Source: Octopus bimaculoides (lineage: Eukaryota). Taken from it: 32,349 bases of DNA. The notes beneath the pieces are model-generated. The model was not told where the DNA came from. It was given only the letters and a program-made list of their open reading frames with translations, and did no database searches. The stretch is taken from assembly GCF_001194135.2 (NCBI RefSeq), contig NC_068984.1, forward strand, positions 55,785,298 to 55,817,646, given 5' to 3'. A program made the position numbers and the translations under genes. This document shows positions 1-10,697 of this stretch, piece after piece. Positions within the stretch are counted from its first letter, which is position 1, and every line of letters starts with the position of its first letter.

Positions 1-30
<30 letters not shown>
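1..30. repeat. (TA)n microsatellite
   Basis: Pure AT dinucleotide run at the window start. Confidence 0.95.
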
Positions 31-34
<4 letters not shown>

Positions 35-128
35 GGGATAACAAAGGAATAAATAACATTTTTATGAACTTGATTGACTTACAGCTGTTTCTGTAATAAG
101 GTGCAATGGTACACTCATAGTTGAGTGC
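31..128 (-). repeat. Left arm of a short inverted duplication carrying a degenerate hammerhead-like GAAACAGCTGTA motif
   Basis: Reverse complement (GCACTCAACTATGAGTGTA...TACAGAAACAGCTGTAAGTC...TATTCCTTTGTTATCCCAATT) aligns with 323-418. Confidence 0.75.
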
Positions 129-322
129 TTGAATATCACCCTATAGCTTCATTGGAGCTTCATACATGAAGTGCAATTTATTTGAGGAAATTATTTACTT
201 TTACATATATACATAGAAAAGCCTTACCAATGAAAAAGTATACACATATGTAAGAAATGAAATTCAGGAGTTTGGGGGAGTATCCGCTTTTAGAATTAGG
301 AAAAAGATAAATTTTGAAGCTC

Positions 323-418
323 GCACTCAACTGTGACTGCATAGCACTCTGGTGCAGAAACAGATGTAAGTTGATAAATTTCATAGCATTATTGCTTATT
401 CCCTTGTTATCCCAATTT
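323..418 (+). repeat. Right arm of the short inverted duplication
   Basis: GCACTCAACTGTGACTGCA...TGCAGAAACAGATGTAAGTTG...TATTCCCTTGTTATCCCAATT matches the reverse complement of 31-128. Confidence 0.75.
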
Positions 419-544
419 CTTATTACTGCTCTGTAATCGACTACTGCTTCGTACTGAAGCATATATGTATATATTGGATTCAAACACTAGGTTATTATCA
501 TTGCAATGCCTAAGCCAAACATCAATATGTACACATACGTACAT

Positions 545-564
545 ATGTGTGTGTGAGTGTGTGT

Positions 565-597
<33 letters not shown>

Positions 598-616
598 TCT
601 GTGTGTNNNNNNNNNN

Positions 617-647
<31 letters not shown>

Positions 648-730
648 TCTGTGTGTCTGTGTGTGTGTGTGTGTGTGTACTATATAGAGATAGATAAGCA
701 CATACATGCATATAGACAGACACACACACA
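545..730. repeat. (GT)n/(CA)n microsatellite complex with a 10-N gap at 607-616
   Basis: Direct reading of the sequence. Confidence 0.95.
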
Positions 731-741
731 AACTTATGTAG

Positions 742-963
742 GTTCCTGCTGAATGTTGAATTATCACTTCAGACTTTTCCAGTCCAGAACTACGGTCTAA
801 TATATCTCTATAAAAAGAAAAATGTCGTCACAGATGGTATTAACATTTCCATGAATGCGGCACATCGACTAATCAGCACTGGCGACTTAGTTTGGTTGAT
901 GCAGCACTCTTCAAAGGATGTGTACGGATTTCCCCGGCAAACACCTTTGCCGAAGATTCTATA
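742..963 (+). CDS. Candidate terminal coding exon (FLLNVELSLQTFPVQNYGLIYLYKKKNVVTDGINISMNAAHRLISTGDLVWLMQHSSKDVYGFPRQTPLPKIL*), weakly C1q-like
   Basis: Stop-free frame from a TAG acceptor at 740-741 to TAA at 961-963, in locally GC-richer unique sequence. The GDLVWL segment resembles the C1q GDxVWL strand. The acceptor is weak and no homology search was possible. Confidence 0.2.
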
Positions 964-1351
964 AAGGTGGCTTACATTTATAAAGGCAGGCATATTCACT
1001 TGTCTCAGCATTTTTAATGTAATATGCATTATGTGATACTCAACAAAATGCAGCAACTTTACCTTGTAATAGCGAGTAATGCACATTAATTATATGCAGC
1101 GATTTAAATTCCTTGCATTACTGTCATAATATTATATGGCAAGTTGAATTACATAACATTCCCAAAGGTTATGTTCGTTGAACGTTGCTCTATTAATTCA
1201 TTGCAAATATAAATAATGCAGATTACTAACATATTTGAAAACTGAAATGTTAGTACGATCATTGTCTACAAACGCAACCTAAACAATAGTAGGAATAACA
1301 AACGAAAAATGTAAGACAAACCGCCACACTGAACTTGTAATACACACACAT

Positions 1352-1842
1352 NNNNNNNNNNNNNNNNNNNNNNNNNNNNNNNNNNNNNNNNNNNNNNNNN
1401 NNNNNNNNNNNNNNNNNNNNNNNNNNNNNNNNNNNNNNNNNNNNNNNNNNNNNNNNNNNNNNNNNNNNNNNNNNNNNNNNNNNNNNNNNNNNNNNNNNNN
1501 NNNNNNNNNNNNNNNNNNNNNNNNNNNNNNNNNNNNNNNNNNNNNNNNNNNNNNNNNNNNNNNNNNNNNNNNNNNNNNNNNNNNNNNNNNNNNNNNNNNN
1601 NNNNNNNNNNNNNNNNNNNNNNNNNNNNNNNNNNNNNNNNNNNNNNNNNNNNNNNNNNNNNNNNNNNNNNNNNNNNNNNNNNNNNNNNNNNNNNNNNNNN
1701 NNNNNNNNNNNNNNNNNNNNNNNNNNNNNNNNNNNNNNNNNNNNNNNNNNNNNNNNNNNNNNNNNNNNNNNNNNNNNNNNNNNNNNNNNNNNNNNNNNNN
1801 NNNNNNNNNNNNNNNNNNNNNNNNNNNNNNNNNNNNNNNNNN
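1352..1842. other. Assembly gap (N run)
   Basis: N bases flanked by (CA)n and (TAGA)n. Confidence 1.
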
Positions 1843-1876
<34 letters not shown>

Positions 1877-1981
1877 TGTATATATTTATACATACATAAG
1901 AGTGTATGTATAATATATGTATATATTTCCGTGCATACACACTCACACGCTCGTACTACATATTTTTAGGTTTACAATTTG

Positions 1982-2062
<81 letters not shown>

Positions 2063-2075
2063 CATATGTATATAT
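1843..2075. repeat. (TAGA)n, (TA)n and (TG)n microsatellites
   Basis: Direct reading of the sequence. Confidence 0.9.
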
Positions 2076-2689
2076 ATACACATGTGTATGTACTTACATG
2101 TATATTACATGTTTGTTATAGATTACATACAAATAGATATTCATGTGGTGTGTTTAAATAAATAAATATATATGTATATAAATTATATATATAAATGTAT
2201 GTGTCTGTATGTGTGTGCTTCGAGTGTCCAAGAAGTGCCCTTGCAGTAATTTGCTGCGTTGATTGTCGCTCAGCACAGAACCCACTTTACACTGCACCAG
2301 CCATAACATCAATGGTACAACAGGAATTGAGGGGACCAGAAGCCAACTGCACTTCAGGTCTTTTTTTTTTTTGTAACGAGTTTGCCTTCCCCTAAAAAGC
2401 AGTTCTAACGATAACTAGAAGTTCACTCCCAGTGGGTCACATTCTATTTAACCCATAGTTAGGATCCTAAAATGTTACTACTAAGGGCCAGAGTAAACCT
2501 GGGAACAATAGTGGCTAAGAGATAAAACCATACTGCTAAAACGCCCTACGATTTCCGTGCCAAGAGTCCACTACTAGATACAGTTTAAGGTCATAATTAA
2601 GAAATACATTATATATATATATATATATATATGGATCAAAACATTTTGACTCAAATTCGTTGGTACTCTTGAGTTTCAAGCATGATGCT

Positions 2690-2770
2690 AGTCGTCAGCC
2701 ATTTTGAATTTGAATGAAAGAAGTTGATTGTTATTACCGTAAGGTGGGTTGCGTTTGGTCGGGGTAGGTC
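2690..2770 (+). promoter_or_regulatory. Candidate promoter/first exon: YY1-like CAGCCATTTTG motif followed by ATG at 2714 and three donor-like sites
   Basis: CAGCCATTTTG at 2696-2706. Donor-like ACC|GTAAGG (2739), AAG|GTGGGT (2744) and GGG|GTAGGT (2764). The region is locally CpG-richer. Confidence 0.25.
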
Positions 2771-2984
2771 ACACGGTGTCGCATTTTGATGCTGATATGT
2801 AGATAACAGTTAGTTGGATAATATTGCATGTCAAACAGGACATTGACCACGTGAAGGACAGGAAATAGAAGACGTGGTTTTTAGAAATCGGTCAGGTTGT
2901 TGGTGAGGGAAGTAGGAAGGCGCGGCATGTGCAAGTATATAGTTCTTTATGTGGGTGTGTAGACGCGCTCATATAGTTTTGCGT

Positions 2985-3282
2985 GCATGTGTATATTGAT
3001 GCAAATGTGTGCATCTGTACATGGACGCATACACACCAACACACTTGGAGGAGCACACATTAACACACACACGCACACACTCACGTATACGCACACATGC
3101 ACACACATACACACATGCGTATTCATTCACATGTACATATGTATATTCTCATGGATGTATGCATGCATACCAGTGTGCACTCTCACTTACATGCGAGTGT
3201 ACATGTGCATTCGCACATGATCCATACATGTAACTCCCAATAAATTGGATGAGAGCCCTTCTTTTGTTTGTCCATTCACTCG

Positions 3283-3316
<34 letters not shown>

Positions 3317-3378
3317 NNNNNNNNNNGTAACTCCCAATAAATTGGATGAGAGCCCTTCTTTTGTTTGTCCATTCACTC

Positions 3379-3415
<37 letters not shown>

Positions 3416-3560
3416 CATACATTTATGTGTATGTTTGTATATATGTATGTATATATATATGTATGTGTATATGTTTGTGTGTGTGTTTGTGCACACATAC
3501 ATGTATATATACATACAGATGTTTGTATGTATACGTGTGTATGTGTGTGTACACGCGAGC
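2985..3560. repeat. Mixed (CA)/(TA)/(TG) microsatellite field with a 10-N gap at 3317-3326
   Basis: Direct reading. A unique stretch of about 55 bp is duplicated on either side of the gap. Confidence 0.9.
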
Positions 3561-4577
3561 AATCGCAGGCGAGTGTGTTTCTTTCTATGTTTGTTCAGGA
3601 TGGGATGTAGTCATTTCATTTTTCATTTGTTAATTTTATTTTTAGTTTTACTTTTGATAATAGGATACAGAGAACCAATTTCAGTTGATTGCTGTTGTCG
3701 TAGTAACACAAATATCGACGCATTATATTTATACTTAATATATACATTTCATTGTAACCTTTGATTAAAAGTACTTTTAGTTTCTAATAGAATATTGATT
3801 TTCTGTCTTAGCTTCACCATAGACTTTTCGAACCTCATACTGCAATATCAACAACATCAACCACATCAACAATAAAACAAGCAAAAGGTTTTTAAAATAT
3901 AATTCATAGAAAAGTCCAAACTAAGCCTCTTTTATACCCTTTATCGTTCAGTTTTGAAAATATTTTTCTTTTCTCTTAACTGCGAGCGTGTAGGCGTGTG
4001 TATGTGTGTGTAATCGTGTGTATACTTGCATGTGCATATGCGTGTGTATGCATTGTGTACCTTTATCAGCATCTATCTCTGTAATGTATATATGAACGCT
4101 AGAGTGACTATGTTATTGTATGTATTTCCATTGCTGTTGTTTGACCCTGTGTTAATCCTGTTCGGTAAAGGTATAACGAAAACATCTATTTATTTTATGA
4201 ATAAATTGCTATTTTAAGATAACAGGGTGTGATTTGGGGATGGTCTCACAGTAATTTTAATAAACGGTGTAGTAGGTTCCCAAACTAGCTTGCTGCCACC
4301 TATGAATGTTTGTGTGGATATATACACGAGTGGATGTATGAAGTGTCAAGTGGCTTGCACTCATATGGTCTCGATGGCTCTGAACCCAATGTGTAGTGCC
4401 TCCGTTAAGTGTCTCTTCTTAAGTCAATCCTTGTAAGTGAAAATTGATATACAGAAAATCAGTGGAAGATCGTCTTATAGATTATACCTGTGGGTTCCAG
4501 TATCAATTCTTTCCTCTCCCTTTACACACGCACACAAACATATATATATGTATATATGTATGTGCATGTATATATGT

Positions 4578-4974
4578 NNNNNNNNNNNNNNNNNNNNNNN
4601 NNNNNNNNNNNNNNNNNNNNNNNNNNNNNNNNNNNNNNNNNNNNNNNNNNNNNNNNNNNNNNNNNNNNNNNNNNNNNNNNNNNNNNNNNNNNNNNNNNNN
4701 NNNNNNNNNNNNNNNNNNNNNNNNNNNNNNNNNNNNNNNNNNNNNNNNNNNNNNNNNNNNNNNNNNNNNNNNNNNNNNNNNNNNNNNNNNNNNNNNNNNN
4801 NNNNNNNNNNNNNNNNNNNNNNNNNNNNNNNNNNNNNNNNNNNNNNNNNNNNNNNNNNNNNNNNNNNNNNNNNNNNNNNNNNNNNNNNNNNNNNNNNNNN
4901 NNNNNNNNNNNNNNNNNNNNNNNNNNNNNNNNNNNNNNNNNNNNNNNNNNNNNNNNNNNNNNNNNNNNNNNNNN
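4578..4974. other. Assembly gap (N run)
   Basis: N bases flanked by (TA)/(TG) repeats. Confidence 1.
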
Positions 4975-4985
4975 ATGCATGCGTG

Positions 4986-5016
<31 letters not shown>

Positions 5017-6330
5017 TTTTACTTCTATTAAATAAGCATAGATTAACAGTTCCTATTATAAACGGTCCATAATAAAATTTTCAATATTTTGAAGAAATAA
5101 ATCTTATAAATATGCTAGCTTTTTTAATAGTGCACAAGTGTCATAAAGAAAACGGAACGCCAATAAAACCGCCAGCATCTGAAAAATATGTTTCGGTACA
5201 AGTAATAACAAATGATTTTTGAGTTAAATGGTTTTCAGTTATTTTGTTATCCCCGCAATGATTATTGTAGTTGTTGCTAAGATTCATTTTCTTTCTGCTC
5301 TTTTTCTCTTTTATAAACGTTGGTCTTCTTTATTTCAAATATTGTCGACATTTTTCAGTAAGTATCTACTAGAGATGGTGTATTTATTCTAAATTCATGA
5401 CTTATTGTATACGTCGGAACTGAACAAGTATTTGCACCACAAATTCAAATATTGTTCCTGATATTTAAGTTTGTACGTCTCGAAAAATCTTTAAAAAACG
5501 AAACTTTATAGGATTCAAGTGATGTGAAATATAGGTTCCTTTTTATGTCACGCAATTTTATTGACCGCATAAGAAAAACGATGCCATCTTAAAATTAAAG
5601 CACATAAGTAAACCACGGAAGACTAGTACGCGAACAACAAAAAGATATAAATTTTATGAAATGGATAATCTTTTTGATGGCCGGGGTTGATCGTCAATTG
5701 ATCGAAAATCAACTTTAATTAGTCTTTTCTGGACGTCTTTTTTTTTTATCTTATGAAAGTTATATTGGAGACTGCTACCGAAGATAACACAAGCAAAGGA
5801 GCCAAGTACTGAAATACGAAATTGAAAAAATGTACTATTAACTGAAAGTTTATCGATTTTCATTAGGTGCTCACTGCACTTATTTTGTTTAAAAAAAAAA
5901 CAGATAAATTACCATCCTTTCGGCGTTGTTTAATTGAATTATCAGCTTAAAATTATAATCAGTCATGTGAAGCAATCTCATGAGGACCAAATCCTTTCTT
6001 ATTTTTCATAGTATATTTACTTTTTGAATCACCTTGGTAATTAGTAATTATTAAAACTTACAATTCACATATGTCGAAAACTGTAGAACGAATCATAAAA
6101 TCTGACAGGAGCTTATCATAAATATCACAATCCATAATTTAGTTGATGTAGTAGTAACTATTCACTTGACGTCACGAATGAAGATAAAATATTTTATAAT
6201 TTAAAAAAAAATCCGTTCTAGTTGTTCTTGATCCCGCTTTCCCAATTTCTCTTTAGATAGAGGCGGCAGTAGGATTTGGAATGAAGACAGCACTATACAT
6301 ATGTATATATGTATGTATGTATGTATATAT

Positions 6331-6832
6331 NNNNNNNNNNNNNNNNNNNNNNNNNNNNNNNNNNNNNNNNNNNNNNNNNNNNNNNNNNNNNNNNNNNNNN
6401 NNNNNNNNNNNNNNNNNNNNNNNNNNNNNNNNNNNNNNNNNNNNNNNNNNNNNNNNNNNNNNNNNNNNNNNNNNNNNNNNNNNNNNNNNNNNNNNNNNNN
6501 NNNNNNNNNNNNNNNNNNNNNNNNNNNNNNNNNNNNNNNNNNNNNNNNNNNNNNNNNNNNNNNNNNNNNNNNNNNNNNNNNNNNNNNNNNNNNNNNNNNN
6601 NNNNNNNNNNNNNNNNNNNNNNNNNNNNNNNNNNNNNNNNNNNNNNNNNNNNNNNNNNNNNNNNNNNNNNNNNNNNNNNNNNNNNNNNNNNNNNNNNNNN
6701 NNNNNNNNNNNNNNNNNNNNNNNNNNNNNNNNNNNNNNNNNNNNNNNNNNNNNNNNNNNNNNNNNNNNNNNNNNNNNNNNNNNNNNNNNNNNNNNNNNNN
6801 NNNNNNNNNNNNNNNNNNNNNNNNNNNNNNNN
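6331..6832. other. Assembly gap (N run)
   Basis: N bases next to (TATG)n/(TA)n. Confidence 1.
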
Positions 6833-6990
6833 ATAATTGAAACTCATAGAATAAAAACAAAAGATGGAGACAGATGTGTGAACAACAAGTAAGTGTGTTA
6901 GTTTGACGCTCGGCAAAAGGAAAACGTCTTTTAAGTTTCGAGCCTACGCTCTTCAACAGAAAGGAATAAGTGAAAATAAACAGAGAGAGA
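6833..6990 (-). mobile_element. Short repeat (Penelope-like terminal fragment, inferred) with a decayed hammerhead-like motif; homologous to 30034-30178
   Basis: Shares TGACGCTCGG...GTTTCGAG(C)CTACGCTCTTCAACAGAAAG with 30093-30160. Confidence 0.65.
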
Positions 6991-7578
6991 ATGAAAACAC
7001 TTGTAGATTTCATACATGTGTGAGTATGTGTGTGCGTGTGTATTTATATATTTGCATACATTCATACATAAATATATACATACATACATACATACAGACA
7101 GACAGACAGACAGACAGACATGTATGTGCGTGTGGTCGGGGTTTAAAGTTTTTTTTGTTTATTTATAATAAAAAATGTTACATTAATCTGAAGGTCTGTG
7201 TTATACTTTTGTAGAGTAGCAAATGTATTATTCTTAAACAAGAATATTGTTAACGGTAACTTCAAAGTTTCGGCCGGTTAAGCCATGGTCGGACTGTGAT
7301 ACATTAGAGTTAGTCTTGGCTTTATATAGTCTCTTTTGAACTATATTCTTCTTTACGTGTGTGGATTTTATAAAGATTAGTATGTAGAGGTAGTAACCCA
7401 TGTCTTTTATGCTGGCGGATATGTAGGCTGTGTGTATATAAAACCCTCAGAATACTTGAGCAAGAACACAAAACTCTGTATCCTTGTTTAAAGATAAAAA
7501 TTATAATTATATTTACGTATATATATCAACATGGGAAACTGGTTCGTGCATTCTATAACGTATATTTTTTATCTCCTT

Positions 7579-7722
7579 CCCTGGATGGGACGCGGATCTG
7601 TCGCAGAATTACTCATCTTTGCTACCTGACTGGTACCGTAGCAATGTGAAACTAAATGTTTTGCACAAGAATACCACGCATCACCTGGCCCAGGAATCGA
7701 AACTACAATCTTACGTTCAAGT
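7579..7722 (-). mobile_element. tRNA-derived SINE fragment (same family as 21175-21436)
   Basis: Minus strand has a B-box-like GTTTCGATTCC followed by TTGTGCAAAACATTTAGTTTCACATTGCT, similar to TTGAGCAAAACACTTCGTCTCACGTTGCT in the second copy. Confidence 0.6.
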
Positions 7723-8610
7723 ATGTGTTCAAGTTCTTTTTGCATCTGAATAGCGGATAGTGCAAAAATCGTCGTTTAAACCGGCCTATTGTTTCAATGG
7801 GCTTGTTTATTCTTGAACCCCGGAAAGAAGAAAAGCAAAACATGCAAAATTATAAACGTACACTCCACTAACATTTCATTTAGCAATCTTCCTATTACTC
7901 CCTTCAGGTCTTCTTTGGCACGAGCTTCTCAACTTGTCTTTTGTATATTTCACTAAATAAAACATACTTTGATAAACTAAGTCAGTATACGCGCCTGCGT
8001 TATACTGGTAATTACTTTAAGAAAGATATTCAAACCACCACATCTTATTTATCTTCCATAAAAAGTATATATCGTGATCATCATTATAACAAAAGACATT
8101 GTTTTCATGATATGCCCCGCCCCTCGTTGCCAAAAGAATTAAATTGTTTATTGAAATTTTTGACTTCATTCTTTGTAAATTCAAATATCAATTTTTGATA
8201 TTTCTCTTCGAATGTTTTAAAAGTATTTTTTATAAATCGATTTGCTCATTGCGCTATTATTAAAGCAAATCCCAGTAGACGCGCGCGCGCGCGTGTGTGT
8301 GTGTGTGTGTGTGTGTGTACCTGAAAATTTCCAAATTGAAAATTATCAAAATATTTAATCTTTCAAAACAAAAATTAGTTATTTAATATTGAACAAAGTT
8401 GTTTTTTTTTTCTCAAATGATCTTCCAATATTTAAACCTTATTATTGTGTAAGCGTACTTTCTTTATATATTTCCAAACGTTCAAGTAGACGGAGTATAT
8501 TCTTTTCTCGTAAATAACCTTTCATTTCTTGTTTCTTCTGTTACCATAAAAAACGTAACTAGTATAATTATCAATCAATATTTATTATTTATTTTATACG
8601 TTGAAAATTT

Positions 8611-8650
8611 GGCCGGAGTCTAATGACTGAAACGAGTACAAAATAAATTA
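8611..8650 (+). mobile_element. 3' tail remnant of the SINE family seen at 15381-15802
   Basis: GGCCGGAGTCTAATGACTGAAACGAGTA matches GGCCGCAGTCAAATGACTGAAACAAGTA, the reverse complement of 15398-15425. Confidence 0.55.
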
Positions 8651-8727
8651 TAAAAGATTATGTGCTTGATAATTTACTAGTAATTAAACAAAATATATTT
8701 ATATAGAACTTCTGTTTTCTTTCAAAG

Positions 8728-8780
8728 CAAGAGATGCACATTCTTCTTCATCAATAGCCCAGTTATTTCATGCTGTTAAT
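8728..8780 (+). CDS. Candidate internal exon (xRDAHSSSSIAQLFHAVN) of an unidentified small gene
   Basis: Acceptor TTCTGTTTTCTTTCAAAG| and strong donor AAT|GTGAGT. Only one frame is open (phase 1 in, phase 0 out). Confidence 0.4.
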
Positions 8781-8896
8781 GTGAGTATAGAATCAATACT
8801 GATCTTACTCCAAAATACTGAGTTTATCTCATGGTAGAAACCCATGCTTCTGCACTTACAAGCAACTACTGCAAGGAATTTTAATCAGTTAATATA

Positions 8897-10418
8897 CAGT
8901 AACGGCCATAATATAAGGGTCAGTAAGAACAGGTGTATTAAAATATCTAATAGATACCTTTCGTGAAACTTTCAAGTAGATGGAATAAAAATTTCGTAAG
9001 TTATGAGAAAATAAAGAAACAATCTTTCAAAATTGCAGCGGCCAAAAGTTATGCGTCATTTAGAAAAACTGAACTACTGACCGAAGTATTTGTGGAGAAG
9101 ACTGTTGACGGGCTAACAGTTATTTCTTATGATCTTACATTACTGGAACATTTATCTGTCAACATGGCAGCTTGTGAGAGATGACCGGTGTCCTGTGAGG
9201 AAAAACAAAGGATTGTGTGTCTTCATCAAGAGGGCAAGACAAATTCTGTGATAGCAGCTATTGTAGGAAGGTCTAGAAGTGTTCTACAACGAATTGTAGC
9301 TCGTTTTCAGTCATCAGGATCGACAGATGCTAAACCCCAAACCGGTAGACCTCGTAAAACTTCTTCAAGACAGAATCATATTATGGTTAGAATATCACTG
9401 AAGGATAGGTTTAAGAGTGTGCTGATATATTCCGCGAGTTTAGCTCCACTTCCGATGTCAAGGTTACGAGGTTCAGGGTTGCCTGCTCGGGTACCATCAA
9501 AGTCTCTGATCTCCAAGATGAATCAAAGAGCCCGCCTTCGTTTCGATCACGAACATGTCGTTTGGCCAGAAGAACAGTGACCACAGGTGTTCATTTTAGT
9601 GATAAATCGAAGTTTAATGTGATTGGTTCCGATGGCGAGATGTACGTCCGTCGAAGAAGTGACGAAATGTTATCTCGTGCGAGCATATATGAAGAAGACA
9701 GTGAAATATGGAGGAGGCAGTGTAATGGTATGGAGAGTGATCTCTGATCCTGGTCCTGGTCCACTTATTCGCCTACAAGGGACTGTCACTGCTGAAATCT
9801 ACAAGTAGATTCTTAGTCAGCATGCCCTTTCACATCTACGATCTTTGTCAGTTCAACCTCCTATCATCGTGAAGGACAACGCTCCCTGTCACACTGCGAA
9901 GAGAGTCAAAGATTATTTGATTGATGAAAGGGTTGATCGCATGAACTGGTCATCTCAGTGTCTCGATCCCAACCCTATAGAAAACGTTTGGAAGATTATT
10001 GGACATAGGGCGCGAAGGAGAAATTCAAAGAACCAAGATGGACTCTGGGAATCATTGAAAAACGAATGGAACAATATTACTCCACCATTTTTCAAGGAAT
10101 TTATTCAGTCCTGTTGAAACAGATGTCAGGAGGTCATTGATAGTAAAGGGGTGTTCGCAAAATATTAATAGTAAGGGTTTCTTTTTTGTTGTTGTTCCAT
10201 TTTTCATTGTTTTTTTTTTCTAAGTGGGCCGTTACAGTTTGGAAGATTATTTGTTTGTTTCCTCATAACTTACGAAATATTTATTCCATTCACTTGAAAC
10301 TTTTACGAAAAATAATTAAATATGTGTAAAATATCTCGTCTCAACGTTTTGTTAATTTTCTATAATAAATATTTCAGTACACTTGTTCTTACTGATCCTG
10401 ATATTATGGCCGCTACTG
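8897..10418 (+). mobile_element. Tc1/mariner (DD34E, IR/DR-type) DNA transposon, inactive
   Basis: Terminal inverted repeats CAGTAACGGCCATAATAT... / ...ATATTATGGCCGCTACTG, extending about 150-195 bp. TA on the left flank, CA (mutated TA) on the right. Internal transposase remnants. Confidence 0.93.
9164..10168 (+). pseudogene. Tc1-family transposase pseudogene (premature stops and frameshifts)
   Basis: HTH region EEKQRIVCLHQEG...GRPRKTS. Catalytic motifs HFSDKSKF, VKDNAPCH and DPNPIENVW. GGGSVMVW. Stops at 9182, 9806 and 10115, and frameshifts near 9575 and 9700. Confidence 0.92.
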
Positions 10419-10431
10419 CATCTCTTAAATG

Positions 10432-10697
10432 AGACAGCAAGGTGAATGATTAGCGTATCCACAGGAATAACGTATTATTTCTAAATATTTCCTAATATCT
10501 ACTACTTTTATGCAAAACGCTTACCGGCATTTCGTCCGTCTTTACGTCCTGAACTCAAAATCCGTCTAGGTCGACCTTGCCTTTCATCCTTTCAGAGTCG
10601 ATAAAATAAATACTAGTTGAGTACTGGGGTCAATGTCATAGACTTGCCCCTTCCCCCGGGATTTCTAGCCTTGTGCTAAAACTTGAAAACAATATTT
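10432..10697 (+). mobile_element. tRNA-derived SINE, diverged, with an AT-rich internal insertion (same family as 22885-23088)
   Basis: GGTCGACCTTGCCTTTCATCCTTTCAGAGTCGATAAAATAAATACTAGTTGAGTACTGGGGTC aligns with GGTCGACTTGGCCTTTCATTCTTTAGTGGTTGATAAAATAAGTACCAGTTGTACACTGGAGTG. Confidence 0.75.

Noticed and set aside
2220-2360. GC-richer frame VICCVDCRSAQNPLYTAPAITSMVQQELRGPEANCTS, phase-compatible with the 8728 exon
   Set aside because: The donor CAG|GTCTTT is poor, several frames are open, and there is no recognisable motif, so it cannot be supported.
3230-3385. Direct duplication of GTAACTCCCAATAAATTGGATGAGAGCCC... on both sides of a 10-N gap
   Set aside because: Identical copies flanking a placeholder gap are most simply an unmerged contig overlap.
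487-7214. Many 60-270 aa ORFs (poly-HT, YI, CV, X)
   Set aside because: Translations of dinucleotide repeats and N gaps, not genes. The same applies to the poly-N/I/L/Y ORFs at 20297-23218 and the ORFs at 29849-32235.
7262-7300. Minus strand CCGACCA-T-GGC(ttaaccg)GCC-GAAAC
   Set aside because: Three core mismatches, with no helix III palindrome or helix I. Too degenerate to call.
8615-8640. CTAATGA-CT-GAAA-CGAG-TA resembling a hammerhead
   Set aside because: Better explained as the SINE 3' tail (GTCAAATGACTGAAACAAGTA). It has no helix II or helix I.
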